The notes below the pieces were generated by a model. It saw only the letters and a program-made list of their open reading frames with translations, was not told the DNA's origin and did not search any database. This document shows positions 9,342 to 18,124 of a DNA stretch of 64,000 bases, in pieces. The number at the start of each line of letters is the position of its first letter. The stretch's first letter is position 1. The stretch comes from Dehalococcoidia bacterium (GTDB lineage: Bacteria; Chloroflexota; Dehalococcoidia; Lucifugimonadales; CAUZJF01): contig CBDEFX010000002.1 of NCBI GenBank assembly GCA_965237635.1, positions 1,874,554 through 1,938,553 on the forward strand, written 5' to 3'. The position numbers and the translations under genes are program-made.

Positions 9342-9426
9342 GTACCTACACCTACGTCAAGGGCACGACGGACTGCGGTAGAAGCCGCCCACGCTCATTG
9401 CCAAGTACGTGGGGCTTCGGACCCCG

Positions 9427-9436
9427 TGTGTATAAT
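9427..9436 (+). promoter_or_regulatory. Possible extended -10 promoter element for the DUF4012 gene
   Basis: TGTGTATAAT (TGn + TATAAT) lies 53 nt upstream of the 9489 start. No good -35 is present. Confidence 0.35.
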
Positions 9437-9488
9437 TGGAGTTGGACATCCTGACTGTGTTTGTAGCGGAAAGTAAGCGGTAGGAAGG

Positions 9489-12002
9489 GTGATGCGAGGC
9501 TTTACGGCGACGCTAAGAGGACAAGTACCGATGGCCCGGCGGGCAGCGGCGGTCTGGCTCTCTCTACTTCTCGTGGGGACGGTCGCCATCGGTGCCACCG
9601 CATGGCGCTTCAGCGTCGATTTTCTTCCGTTAGCGCTTGACGCCGAGACCAGAGTGATGGAGTTTCGCGCGCTGTCGGCCGGGGACCTCCTCGCAGGCGA
9701 CGGCGAGTCGCTGGGCCAGGTGCGGACGAACGTCGACCAGCTTGAACTGGAACTCAGGCCAGCGGCACAAGGTGCGGACTGGCTGGCGCGATTCTCCCCT
9801 GCCATCGGGTGGGTGCCGGGGCTGGGCCACGAAGCCGTCGCCTGGGTCGCGCAGGTGGATAGACTCCACGAAGACGTCAAGTCGGCGGCCGACCTGTTAG
9901 ACGCCTCTAGCCGACTCCTAGATCTCTACACGCACAGCCAGAGCGCGTTGGTAAGCCCCCGGGTGGGTCAGCCGGCTTCCGACATCAGTGCCGAGGCCCG
10001 CGACCTCGAGACATCGTTCAATACGTCGTTCGCGCGTGTCACAGAAATAACGAACGAGGGTCGGAGACACGCGACCACCATCAAGCTTGGCCCAGCGTCG
10101 GATGCGATTGCCCTCCTGCGAGACGCCGAGGAGCGCATGCTATCGGCTTCCAGGACCGGTCAGCAGACCTCGGGGCTCTTGGCGGACCTGGTGCAGCTAG
10201 CTGACAGTCTGCGGCCGGTGCTCGGCCAATTCACAACGGACGGACTCGATACCGAGCCTCTGACAGTAGAAGAGCTAAAAGCGAAGCTGGTTGAGGTCGA
10301 CGAGCGCCTACAGTTCGCCGTGGTCAAGTCCAGAGGGCTGGCCAAGCAGCTCGCGGATGGACAACAGAGCGGACCACTGCAACAGCGGTTGGACCTCCTG
10401 GAAGACGTCCTCGGGGTGTTGCTCATCATCAACAGGGCGACGATGGTCGGAATTCGGTCATTGGAACCTGTGCTCGAGCAGCCGGGCGACCCAACCGAGG
10501 GCCTGCTGGGTAGTGATGAAAGACTCGTCAGCACCCTCAAAGGGCTGGCGGACCACACTGAGGAGATAGGCGAGGCGCTTGTGCTCGTCGAAGATGCCCA
10601 ACGGACCCTCGCAGAGCTGGAATCGAACGTCTCCCACGCACGGCAGCTATCCGGGCTGGACGACCTTGTCGCCGCCGTAAGACTGATCGGCAATGGACTC
10701 AGGCTGGTCAAAGACATCGCACGTATCGGGGCAGCGCTTGTAGGCGCCGATTCTCCACGACGATATCTCGTCTTGGGCCAGTCGGCCGACGAGCTACGGG
10801 CGACGGGAGGGTACGTGTCAGCCATCTGGCTAGTCACATTCCAACACGGTGGCGTAGCGGATGTGCAATACCATGATGCGGTGCGGGTAGACGACTGGGA
10901 ACGACTTGAACTGTATCCTCATGCACCGTCGGCGCTCAAGGAGCATATGAATGCCCAGGTCTGGCTGCTTAGAGACGTTTCTTGGGAGCCCGATTTCCCG
11001 ACAGCGGCGCGTACCGCGGCGGACATGTACAGGATCGGACAAAGGCAGGACGTCGACGGCGTCGTCGCAATCAATCAGTGGACGCTCCTGGCCTTCGTTC
11101 AGGGCTTGGGGAGCATTCCATCTCCCGACGGTGGAACGCCTATCACTCATCGGAACCTTTTCCCCAAGCTGGAAGAGGGGTCGAACGAACATGGTAGGGC
11201 GTACATGGACCTGGCTCTACAAGGAATCCTGGAACGCCTCAACCAGGCGGTATCCCTTTCAACCCTATTGAAACTCGCCTCAGCGCTCGATGGGGTCCTT
11301 CGTGAGCGTGAACTGCTACTGTCCATGGACGATCCGGAGACGCAAGCGACAATTGCTGAGAGAGTCTAGGGTGGCCGGCTCAGAGATGACCCGACCGACT
11401 ATCTCTACGTGGTCGACTCCAACGTCGGGTGGAGCAAAGCCGATCGGAACATCGAGCGCAAGATCGGGTATCAGGTCGACTTGCGCAAAGAGCCAGGTCC
11501 CAGAGTCAAACTCACCCTGGGGTATAATAATCACGGTGGTCCCGGAGCTTCAGGCTGTGAACCTCAATGGCTCAATAGGGGGACAAACTATAGCGACCTG
11601 AAAAACGCATGTTATTGGAATCTTTGGAAGGTCTTTGTTCCCCAAGGGGCAAGGTTACTCAGCAACACACCGATGACCCTGCCTGAGTACAGCGTCTCGG
11701 CTGAAGTCGGGATAGGACACCCCGGAGAGGATACTGTCGAGGTCTCGTCTAGCTACAACAGGACAGTGATTTCGGGCCTGTTCGCACTTGGTGCCGGGGG
11801 TGCGAACAACGTCGATCTCGTTTACGACCTGCCGGCCGAGGTCCTGAGGCGTGACGGCGACGAAATCCATTACCAGTTGCTAATACAGAAACAGCCTGGC
11901 ACTCGTTATAGGGACGTCTCGATAGAGTTGATTCCTCCAAACGGCTACCGTCTGTCGTCAAGCTCCGCGGAGCCGACGGCTATTGCGGATTTCAGCGCAT
12001 GA
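9489..12002 (+). pseudogene. DUF4012-family envelope protein interrupted by one in-frame TAG (11367-11369)
   Basis: ORFs 9489-11369 and 11409-12002 are in the same frame. Reading through the TAG gives ...IAERV*GGRLRDDPTDYLYVVDSNVGWSKADRN. The DUF4012-type motif LGQSADELRATGGYVSAIW and an N-terminal TM helix are present. The combined length would be 837 aa. Confidence 0.65.
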
Positions 12003-12711
12003 TTCTCCTTCCGGGCCGATCAAGATACCGTGCTGACCGCTAGGTTCAGCAAGGGAGACGATGACCAGCGCTAACGCCGGCACCAGACGGTTTTCGGGCT
12101 ATGTCGCGGTCGTTGCAGGCGTCGTTCTTGCTATAACGGCCGCGTGCTCCAGAGGTGCACCCGTCGATACGGTCCCTGTCACGAGCGAAGTGCCGAAAAC
12201 GTCCACCAGGACCATGGTCGCGACCGCCTCAGTCCTGATCAAGGAGAGCCCGGAGCTGCCCACACCACCAGTAGAGGCCTTGCGAATATCTCCGAACTCT
12301 GTGGTAGCCGACCCTGGGGAGACTGTCCAGCTTTCGGTCGAAGCCTTTGGTCCCCAAGGCCGCCCGCTGTCTAACGTTGAGTTCGTATGGACCGTGGTTG
12401 ACGCGCGCGCAGGCTATATCGACGGTGACGGCATGCTTCAGATCGGGACCAGGCCCGGTGTATTCGAAGACACTATCTCGGTGACGGGAATTCAGAACAC
12501 CCCCAACGGGATCGGATACGTCAACGCCCTTGCTTCTATTACCGTGGTCGGCGACCCTCAGACGCCCAGACTGGCCAGCGTTGTGTTCATCCCGCAGACA
12601 CCCACACTCCTCGAGCAGCAGATAGTCCGCCTACATGCCGTAGGCTTTGACGACAGTGGGCTCGTAATCCCTGGGGTCAGTTTCGTTTGGGAGGTAAACG
12701 ACCCGACCTTA

Positions 12712-14432
12712 GCCCGAATCCACCGAAGGACACCGATGGACGGCGTGAGGAAAGCGGAAGGGGGGTGAGGGAGCTACAGGGGAAATAGCCTGGGTTCCAT
12801 TTGGGGTAGGGAGGTCGGCGGACGGTCTTCATCGCCGCACAGGGGCCCCTATGGCCGTCTGCGGGAGCTGCGATGCGCGGGATGGCGAGAGAATACGCAG
12901 CAGGGAACTCTCTCGGACCGGGCTGGCACGAGTCTGCGGGGATCTTCGGTTGTCCGGTGGGTGGGTCGGTCGCCGACGGTGCCGTCAGGCCGGGAGTGGA
13001 ATGGCTCGCAGCCGGGCCAAGGCACGGCTGAACTTCTCAGCCCAAGGCCAGCGATCCGGAAGATGCAGGGTCAACCGGCGTGCCGAGCGGGTGAGCCGTC
13101 CGGCCAGGGAGAAGAACCGCCGCCGGAGGGTCTTGGTGGTGGCTATCCGCTCTCCCAGACCGATCCGCGCCGTCCAGCGGGCCAGGTTGTGGGCCATCGT
13201 CTGGACGGCCAGCCAGGCGCCGTTGGCGGCGAAGCGGCCCGAGGGGAGATGGTTCAGCCCGACGCCGTACTTGAGGTCGCGTATGGCATTCTCGATCTCG
13301 GCGTGGCGGCGATGGTCAGCCTCCAGTTCGAGCAACTCCCCGTCCCGGTCGGTGATGAAGCCATGATAGCTGTATTTGGCGAAGAGGGCCAGTTGGGAAC
13401 CGGGCGTCGGCTTCACCCGCCGGACGATGAGCCGTACCGGCGCGGCGTCCGCCTCGGCCTGGAAGGGGGTGCAGGTGGTCTCGGCCACATCGGCGGCACC
13501 GTCCATCCAGTAAGGAATCGGCGTCCAGGCATCTTCGGGTATCGCCTCGATGAGATTGTGCAGGCTTTTGTGCTGGCGGATGGTGATGGAGAAGCGGACA
13601 TCCATCTTGCGGCAGACGGATACCACGCCATGAGTGTAGAACCCGCTGTCGGCCCGTAGCGTGAGTCGTCCGTCGGCCCCGGCGTAGCGCACCCGTCCCA
13701 CCGTCTCCCGCAGGAAGTGGGCGGCGCCGCGGGCGGTGTTGGCCCGGCCCTCGCGCAGCCGGGACATCAGCACGTCTCCGGTGCCGGCGGCGATGGCCGG
13801 CAGCGGGTGGTAGCCCCGCTTGCCGGTATAGCCGTGGTGGCGGGCGCCCTCCTTGGCCAGTCCGTAGGTCTCGCAGATGGTGGAGTCCAGGTCAATGGTC
13901 AGGGGCCCGTCGCCGGGTCCCGCCCCGGCCTGCCAAGCCCGGGCCAGCAACTCGCGGCTCACCCGGTCGAGTTGACGGACGTGGCCCCACCGGAAGCTGC
14001 GCAGGAAGGTGCCCAGGGTGGATGGCGCCTTGACCGTGCCGCCCAGGGTGCAGGCCGTCCCCCCGGTGCGCAACACATCGGCGTCGTCAATGCAGTCGCC
14101 CCCAGCCAGCGCAGACGCCACCAGCGTCATCATCTTGTCGCTCGTGTTCGCCCGCCCCGGGGCATCGCCCAGGTCGAGGCGCTGCCGGACGAGTTCGGGC
14201 AGGCCGAGGTGCCGCGCCAGGGTGGCCGGAAGGAGCAGCCCGGCATTGGCCACCAAGCGGCGGTCGTCGAAGGTGATTTGGATCCGGTCGGGGTGGTTGC
14301 GTGACAGCATCTACTGGGTGCTCCTTTTCCGGGGCCGTTTTTTTGCTACAAAACCATTATCCCAGAAACACAGGAGCACCTTCTTGCCGCCTCAGGACGC
14401 TAACCCGACGCCCTCCTTCGGTGGATTCGGGC
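12712..14432 (-). mobile_element. IS1380-family insertion sequence, copy A (1.72 kb)
   Basis: The 19-bp perfect terminal inverted repeat GCCCGAATCCACCGAAGGA is at 12712-12730, and its reverse complement is at 14414-14432. The flanking direct repeat is (C)TTA at 12708/9-12711 and 14432/3-14435. It is near-identical to the inverted copy at 53273-54993. Confidence 0.85.
12985..14310 (-). CDS. IS1380-family DDE transposase (copy A)
   Basis: 441 aa. FDDRRLVANAGLLLPATLARHLGL, IDLDSTICETYGLAKEGARHHGYTGKRGYHPL and ADSGFY fit the IS1380 / DDE_Tnp_1-associated pattern. Confidence 0.8.
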   Translation of the reverse strand: MLSRNHPDRIQITFDDRRLVANAGLLLPATLARHLGLPELVRQRLDLGDAPGRANTSDKMMTLVASALAGGDCIDDADVLRTGGTACTLGGTVKAPSTLGTFLRSFRWGHVRQLDRVSRELLARAWQAGAGPGDGPLTIDLDSTICETYGLAKEGARHHGYTGKRGYHPLPAIAAGTGDVLMSRLREGRANTARGAAHFLRETVGRVRYAGADGRLTLRADSGFYTHGVVSVCRKMDVRFSITIRQHKSLHNLIEAIPEDAWTPIPYWMDGAADVAETTCTPFQAEADAAPVRLIVRRVKPTPGSQLALFAKYSYHGFITDRDGELLELEADHRRHAEIENAIRDLKYGVGLNHLPSGRFAANGAWLAVQTMAHNLARWTARIGLGERIATTKTLRRRFFSLAGRLTRSARRLTLHLPDRWPWAEKFSRALARLRAIPLPA

Positions 14433-15445
14433 TTAGGCAGAATAAACGAGATCGGATACCTGACTGTCGAGGGACACGAGGGAGACTATGAGGGAGCGGT
14501 AAGCGTAGTCGGCATATGGGAGGGCTATAGGGCCTCCGCCCAGACCGACGTAAGGGTAGTAGCAACTAACAACTCGGCGGACCTTCTAAACGTCCACGCG
14601 CTTCCGCAGAGATTCTTCCTCGGGCCGGGCGACCGACTGCATCTGAGTGCGGTCGCGTTGAACGGATTGGGAGAGCTAGTAGCCGGCACCCAGCTGCGAT
14701 GGGCTATGGAGGACCCCCGCGCCGGGTCGATCGACGGCAACGGTAACTTCATCGCTGGAAACGCGTCAGGAATCTTTACCGAGGCAGTCAAGGTGGAGGC
14801 TGTCGTCCCCGGCGAAAGCGGATTCGCGCACGCGGTGGACTTCGCCTCTGTCGTAATACGCGAAGATCGGTCGTCCGGGCGCCTCAACGCGGTAACGGTC
14901 GCGCCTCAGACGATTGTGTTAGCTCCAGCCGGGCGGGCGACGGTTATTGTCAGCGCGGTCGACCAGTCAGGCAAGCCTGCCGATGACGTCGACATCTCGT
15001 GGGAAGTGTTGAGTGAGCACGCAGGCGAGGTCAGTGCCCTCGGGAGCTTCAAGGCGGGAACCGCTGCAGGCCGCTACAAAGAGGCGTTGCGCGTCAACGT
15101 TGAGCAGCAAGATGGCGACGAGGTCACGACTATGTCTAGGACCGTCGACGTGGTCATCACCGGAACTTTGTCTAGGACTGACGTACAACCGACCTTAGCA
15201 GTCATCGCTCCCGGCAGGACCATCCATTTCTCCATGACAGGATTCGACGAAAACGGGGTTGCGCTGCCTGGCTTGGTGGCCGTCTGGAAGGTGCAGGATG
15301 AGACCACCGGGACAATCGATGCGTTTGGCAACTTCACGGCCGGCGGGTCGCCCGGCATGTACGAAGATGTCATCCAGGTCAGGGTCGTCCAGACTTTGCC
15401 CGAAGGTCGCTGACCCCGCTATCCGGCCCTTGCTCTCGTGCGCCC

Positions 15446-16461
15446 TTGAGAAGCCATCCAATGCTGGAGCACACGCGTCCCTTGGTCACACTCAACAATT
15501 GCCGAGGCAGGCTTCGAGCAACAGCTCTGGTTACGTTGGTCGTGCTGGTCACCGCATGCTCTGCGAGCGAGCCCTCGATCTCCGACACGCCGACTCCGAC
15601 AGCGGAAACCCGGGAAGCCCCGAGTTTGACCTCGGCCATCGTCGTTGGCGTGACAGACGGGGTGACTATAGATGTCCAGGTCGACGAGCGAGTCCTCCAA
15701 GTCCGATATCTCGGCGTCGAGGTACCAGAGACTGACTCCCTCTCGGGAGATGGCCCTCCTTTGTACGAACGGGCGCTGCAATTCAACCGTTTCCTGGTTG
15801 AGGGCCGAACGGTAGACCTGGAGAGGGGCAACGTTGAGTCCGACGCCTCGGGGCGCCTGCTCAGATACGTCTATGTCGATGGCGAGATGGTAAACATGGC
15901 GCTGCTTACCAACGGCTACGCGACTGTGACAAGTTTGATTCTCTCGTAAAAAGTCTGTGCAAGTCGAATTAGAACAACCGTACCCTTGCCTGGGTACAAT
16001 ATACAGTCTCTGTTCCGTGTCCTACCCCAACATACGGTAGCGCGCAGATGTGCTAAATCGCTGGAACTTCCTCAAAACGGGTTTTTACGAGGGAATCAAG
16101 TTTCCCTCCTGACTTCAAGCACAGCACCTCTTTCGCCATCGCGGAGGAAGGCGCCAGAAGAGAGGGTCGCGGATACTGGAGTCCGCCCGAGGACGGCAAT
16201 GGGCGTGATCCCGCGACAGCGGAGCCGTTCTCAGGCGGCACACTGCCGGCCCCGCCTAACGCCGAAGCCGTCTGCGAATATTCAGGGACCTCGGTGCCAG
16301 TCATCAAGGGGAACGTCGAATCACAGACCGGGAACCGTCTGTTTCATGTACCAGGAGACCTGCTCTACTCGACAACCGTGGTCTCGGAGGCCGACGGAGA
16401 CACGTGGTTCTGTACGGAAGAGCAGGCAGTGGCGACCGGCTGGACGAAGTCGAAGCACTAG
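15446..16461 (+). pseudogene. Secreted thermonuclease (SNase-like) with a C-terminal small basic domain, interrupted by a 167-bp MITE-like insertion
   Basis: The N-terminal part 15446-15934 reads VTDGVTIDVQVDERVLQVRYLGVEVPE...LLTNGYATVTS, followed by a premature stop inside the insert. Frame +1 from 16102 to 16461 (no start codon, so not in the ORF track) continues FPPDFKHSTSFAIAEEGARREGRGYWS...VIKGNVESQTGNRLFHVPGDLLYSTTVVSEADGDTWFCTEEQAVATGWTKSKH. Removing 167 nt restores the frame. Confidence 0.75.
15935..16101. mobile_element. MITE-like non-autonomous element (about 160-165 bp plus target duplication)
   Basis: 18-nt terminal inverted repeats with one mismatch: TTGATTCTCTCGTAAAAA at 15935-15952, and the reverse complement of 16082-16099, TTGATTCCCTCGTAAAAA. 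The direct repeat CAAGTTT is at 15930-15936 and 16097-16103 and partly overlaps the TIRs, so the true TSD is between 2 and 7 bp. The element has no coding capacity. Confidence 0.65.
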
Positions 16462-16496
16462 ATCACCAAATAGGACGCTCTTCAGGAAACTCGAAA

Positions 16497-16517
16497 GGGC
16501 AGGTTTGAAACCTGCCC
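16497..16517. terminator. GC-rich hairpin between convergent genes (repeat family D, copy 1)
   Basis: GGGCAGGTTTGAAACCTGCCC followed by CTAC has a 10-bp stem. It lies between the nuclease stop (16461) and the manC stop (16607). Confidence 0.5.
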
Positions 16518-16606
16518 CTACAGTCCTGCTACGTATCGTGCCTATTCCTAAAGCCCCTGCCTATGCACCATATTCGGCCTGCCTGCCGCCCAGGGGAACG
16601 ACAGTG

Positions 16607-18124
16607 TTAACCCGGGTACTCGTGCCGATCGTAGTTGTCTTGGAGCCTTACGATGTCGTCCTCGCCCAGATACGTACCCGACTGCACCTCGATGATTTCC
16701 AGCGGGACGTCCCCCGGGTTTTCCAACCTGTGTTTGGTACCCTCGGGCACGTATGTTGACTGGTTCTCGGCGAGCGTGTACACCTCTTCGCCTCTGGTGA
16801 CTTTGGCTGTGCCCTTGACCACGACCCAATGCTCTGCACGGTGACTATGGAACTGAAGTGACAGAGCAGCACCCGGATTCACAGTCAGCCTTTTCACCTG
16901 GAACCCCTCTCCATTGTCCACGATCTCATAAGCTCCCCATGGCCGGTGGACCTTGCGGTGGCTCTCCTGCTCGGTCCGACCGTCCGCCTTCAGTGATCCA
17001 ACGATCTCCTTGACGTCCTGAACGCGGTCTTTCCGGGCTACGAGCACTGCGTCCCCGGTCTCTACAACAACCACGTCCTCCAGTCCAATCGTCGCAAGAA
17101 GTCGGTGCTGGGCGATCAGCAGTGCGTTCTTCGTGGACTGGGCATAAACGTCGCCTTGTATGACGTTGCCGTCTGCGTCACGGTCCCACTCTTCCCATAG
17201 GGTTGACCACGCCCCGACATCGGACCATTCGGTATCCAACGGCACCACGACGCAGCCAGCGAATCCGGCAGGGGCACGACCGCCAACAGAGCGGTCGTGG
17301 ACCACACCCGAAGCTGGTTCCATGACCGCGTAGTCAATGGAGTCGGCTGGGCAAGCGGTGAAGTCGGCCTCTCTAGGCCGGTAAAAGTCCCCGTCCGTGC
17401 GGCCTTTCGAGTTGGCCGCCCGGCAGGCCTTCGCGATGTCCGGTCTGTGACGCTCCAGCTCTGACAACCACACCGAGGAGCGCATCATGAAAATTCCGGG
17501 GTTCCAGAGGTAGTCTCCGGCGTCCAGGTGCGCCGTGGCCGTCTCAAGGTCCGGCTTTTCCGCGAACGCTGACACCCTGTACACGGGCAGGTTGGCCGTC
17601 ATTTCACGGCCTCCCCCAACATCGAGCTGCTCCCCCTGTCGGATGTATCCGTATCCTGTCTCAGGACCCGTAGGAACGACACCGAACGTCACTATGTGGC
17701 CGCTCTCCGCGAGTGGGATGCCCTGCTGTACCACGCCCTGAAACACACTCGCGTCCCCGATCAGGTTGTCAGCGTGCATCTCCAACATCACAGGGTCTTC
17801 GCCAGAGGCCACAGCCATCTCTGCAAGCCTGAGAACCGCTAGTGTTAGAGCGGGAGCCGTATTGCGACCGACCGGTTCGACGACCACCGTTAGCGGTCGC
17901 TTCCCGATCTCGCGCATCTGCTCCGTTACCAAGAACCGGTGGACTTCATTGCACACTACCAACGGGGGAGCCACACCCTCCAGTCCGTCAAGCCGGCTGA
18001 GCGTTTCCTGGAACATGGTCCGTTCGCCCATTAGCGGGAGGAACTGTTTCGGGAAGTGCTCGCGTGACAGCGGCCAAAGGCGCGTGCCCGAGCCCCCGGC
18101 GAGAATGACGGGATACAAGGTCAT
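16607..18124 (-). CDS. manC: Mannose-1-phosphate guanylyltransferase / mannose-6-phosphate isomerase (bifunctional type)
   Basis: 505 aa. The N-terminus PVILAGGSGTRLWPLSR is a nucleotidyltransferase motif. The C-terminal cupin region reads RPWGAYEIVDNGEGFQVKRLTVNPGAALSLQFHSHRAEHWVVVKG. Confidence 0.9.
   Translation of the reverse strand: MTLYPVILAGGSGTRLWPLSREHFPKQFLPLMGERTMFQETLSRLDGLEGVAPPLVVCNEVHRFLVTEQMREIGKRPLTVVVEPVGRNTAPALTLAVLRLAEMAVASGEDPVMLEMHADNLIGDASVFQGVVQQGIPLAESGHIVTFGVVPTGPETGYGYIRQGEQLDVGGGREMTANLPVYRVSAFAEKPDLETATAHLDAGDYLWNPGIFMMRSSVWLSELERHRPDIAKACRAANSKGRTDGDFYRPREADFTACPADSIDYAVMEPASGVVHDRSVGGRAPAGFAGCVVVPLDTEWSDVGAWSTLWEEWDRDADGNVIQGDVYAQSTKNALLIAQHRLLATIGLEDVVVVETGDAVLVARKDRVQDVKEIVGSLKADGRTEQESHRKVHRPWGAYEIVDNGEGFQVKRLTVNPGAALSLQFHSHRAEHWVVVKGTAKVTRGEEVYTLAENQSTYVPEGTKHRLENPGDVPLEIIEVQSGTYLGEDDIVRLQDNYDRHEYPG

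Larger units (their letters stand above)
12061..15413 (+). pseudogene. Big_2 (bacterial Ig-like) repeat lipoprotein gene split by an IS1380-family insertion
   Basis: The N-terminal part 12061-12711 has the lipobox-like ITAACS and the repeat VSFVWEVNDPTL. The C-terminal part starts at 14436. Removing the IS and one target-duplication copy joins ...VWEVNDPTL|GRINEIGYLTVEGHEGDYEGAV in frame, a typical Big_2 repeat. The intact product would be about 542 aa. Confidence 0.8.

Noticed and set aside
9375-9381. ops-like core GCGGTAG, a possible NusG-paralogue recruitment site.
   Set aside because: Only 7 of the 12 ops consensus positions match. It lies upstream of the best plus-strand -10 element, so it may not be transcribed. 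A 7-mer is expected many times by chance in 64 kb.
15986-16759. 257-aa plus-strand ORF spanning the MITE end, the nuclease 3' part and the manC 3' end.
   Set aside because: Its translation is Arg/Pro/Ser-rich nonsense. A different frame of the same DNA gives the conserved nuclease C-terminus, and the far end is antisense to manC.
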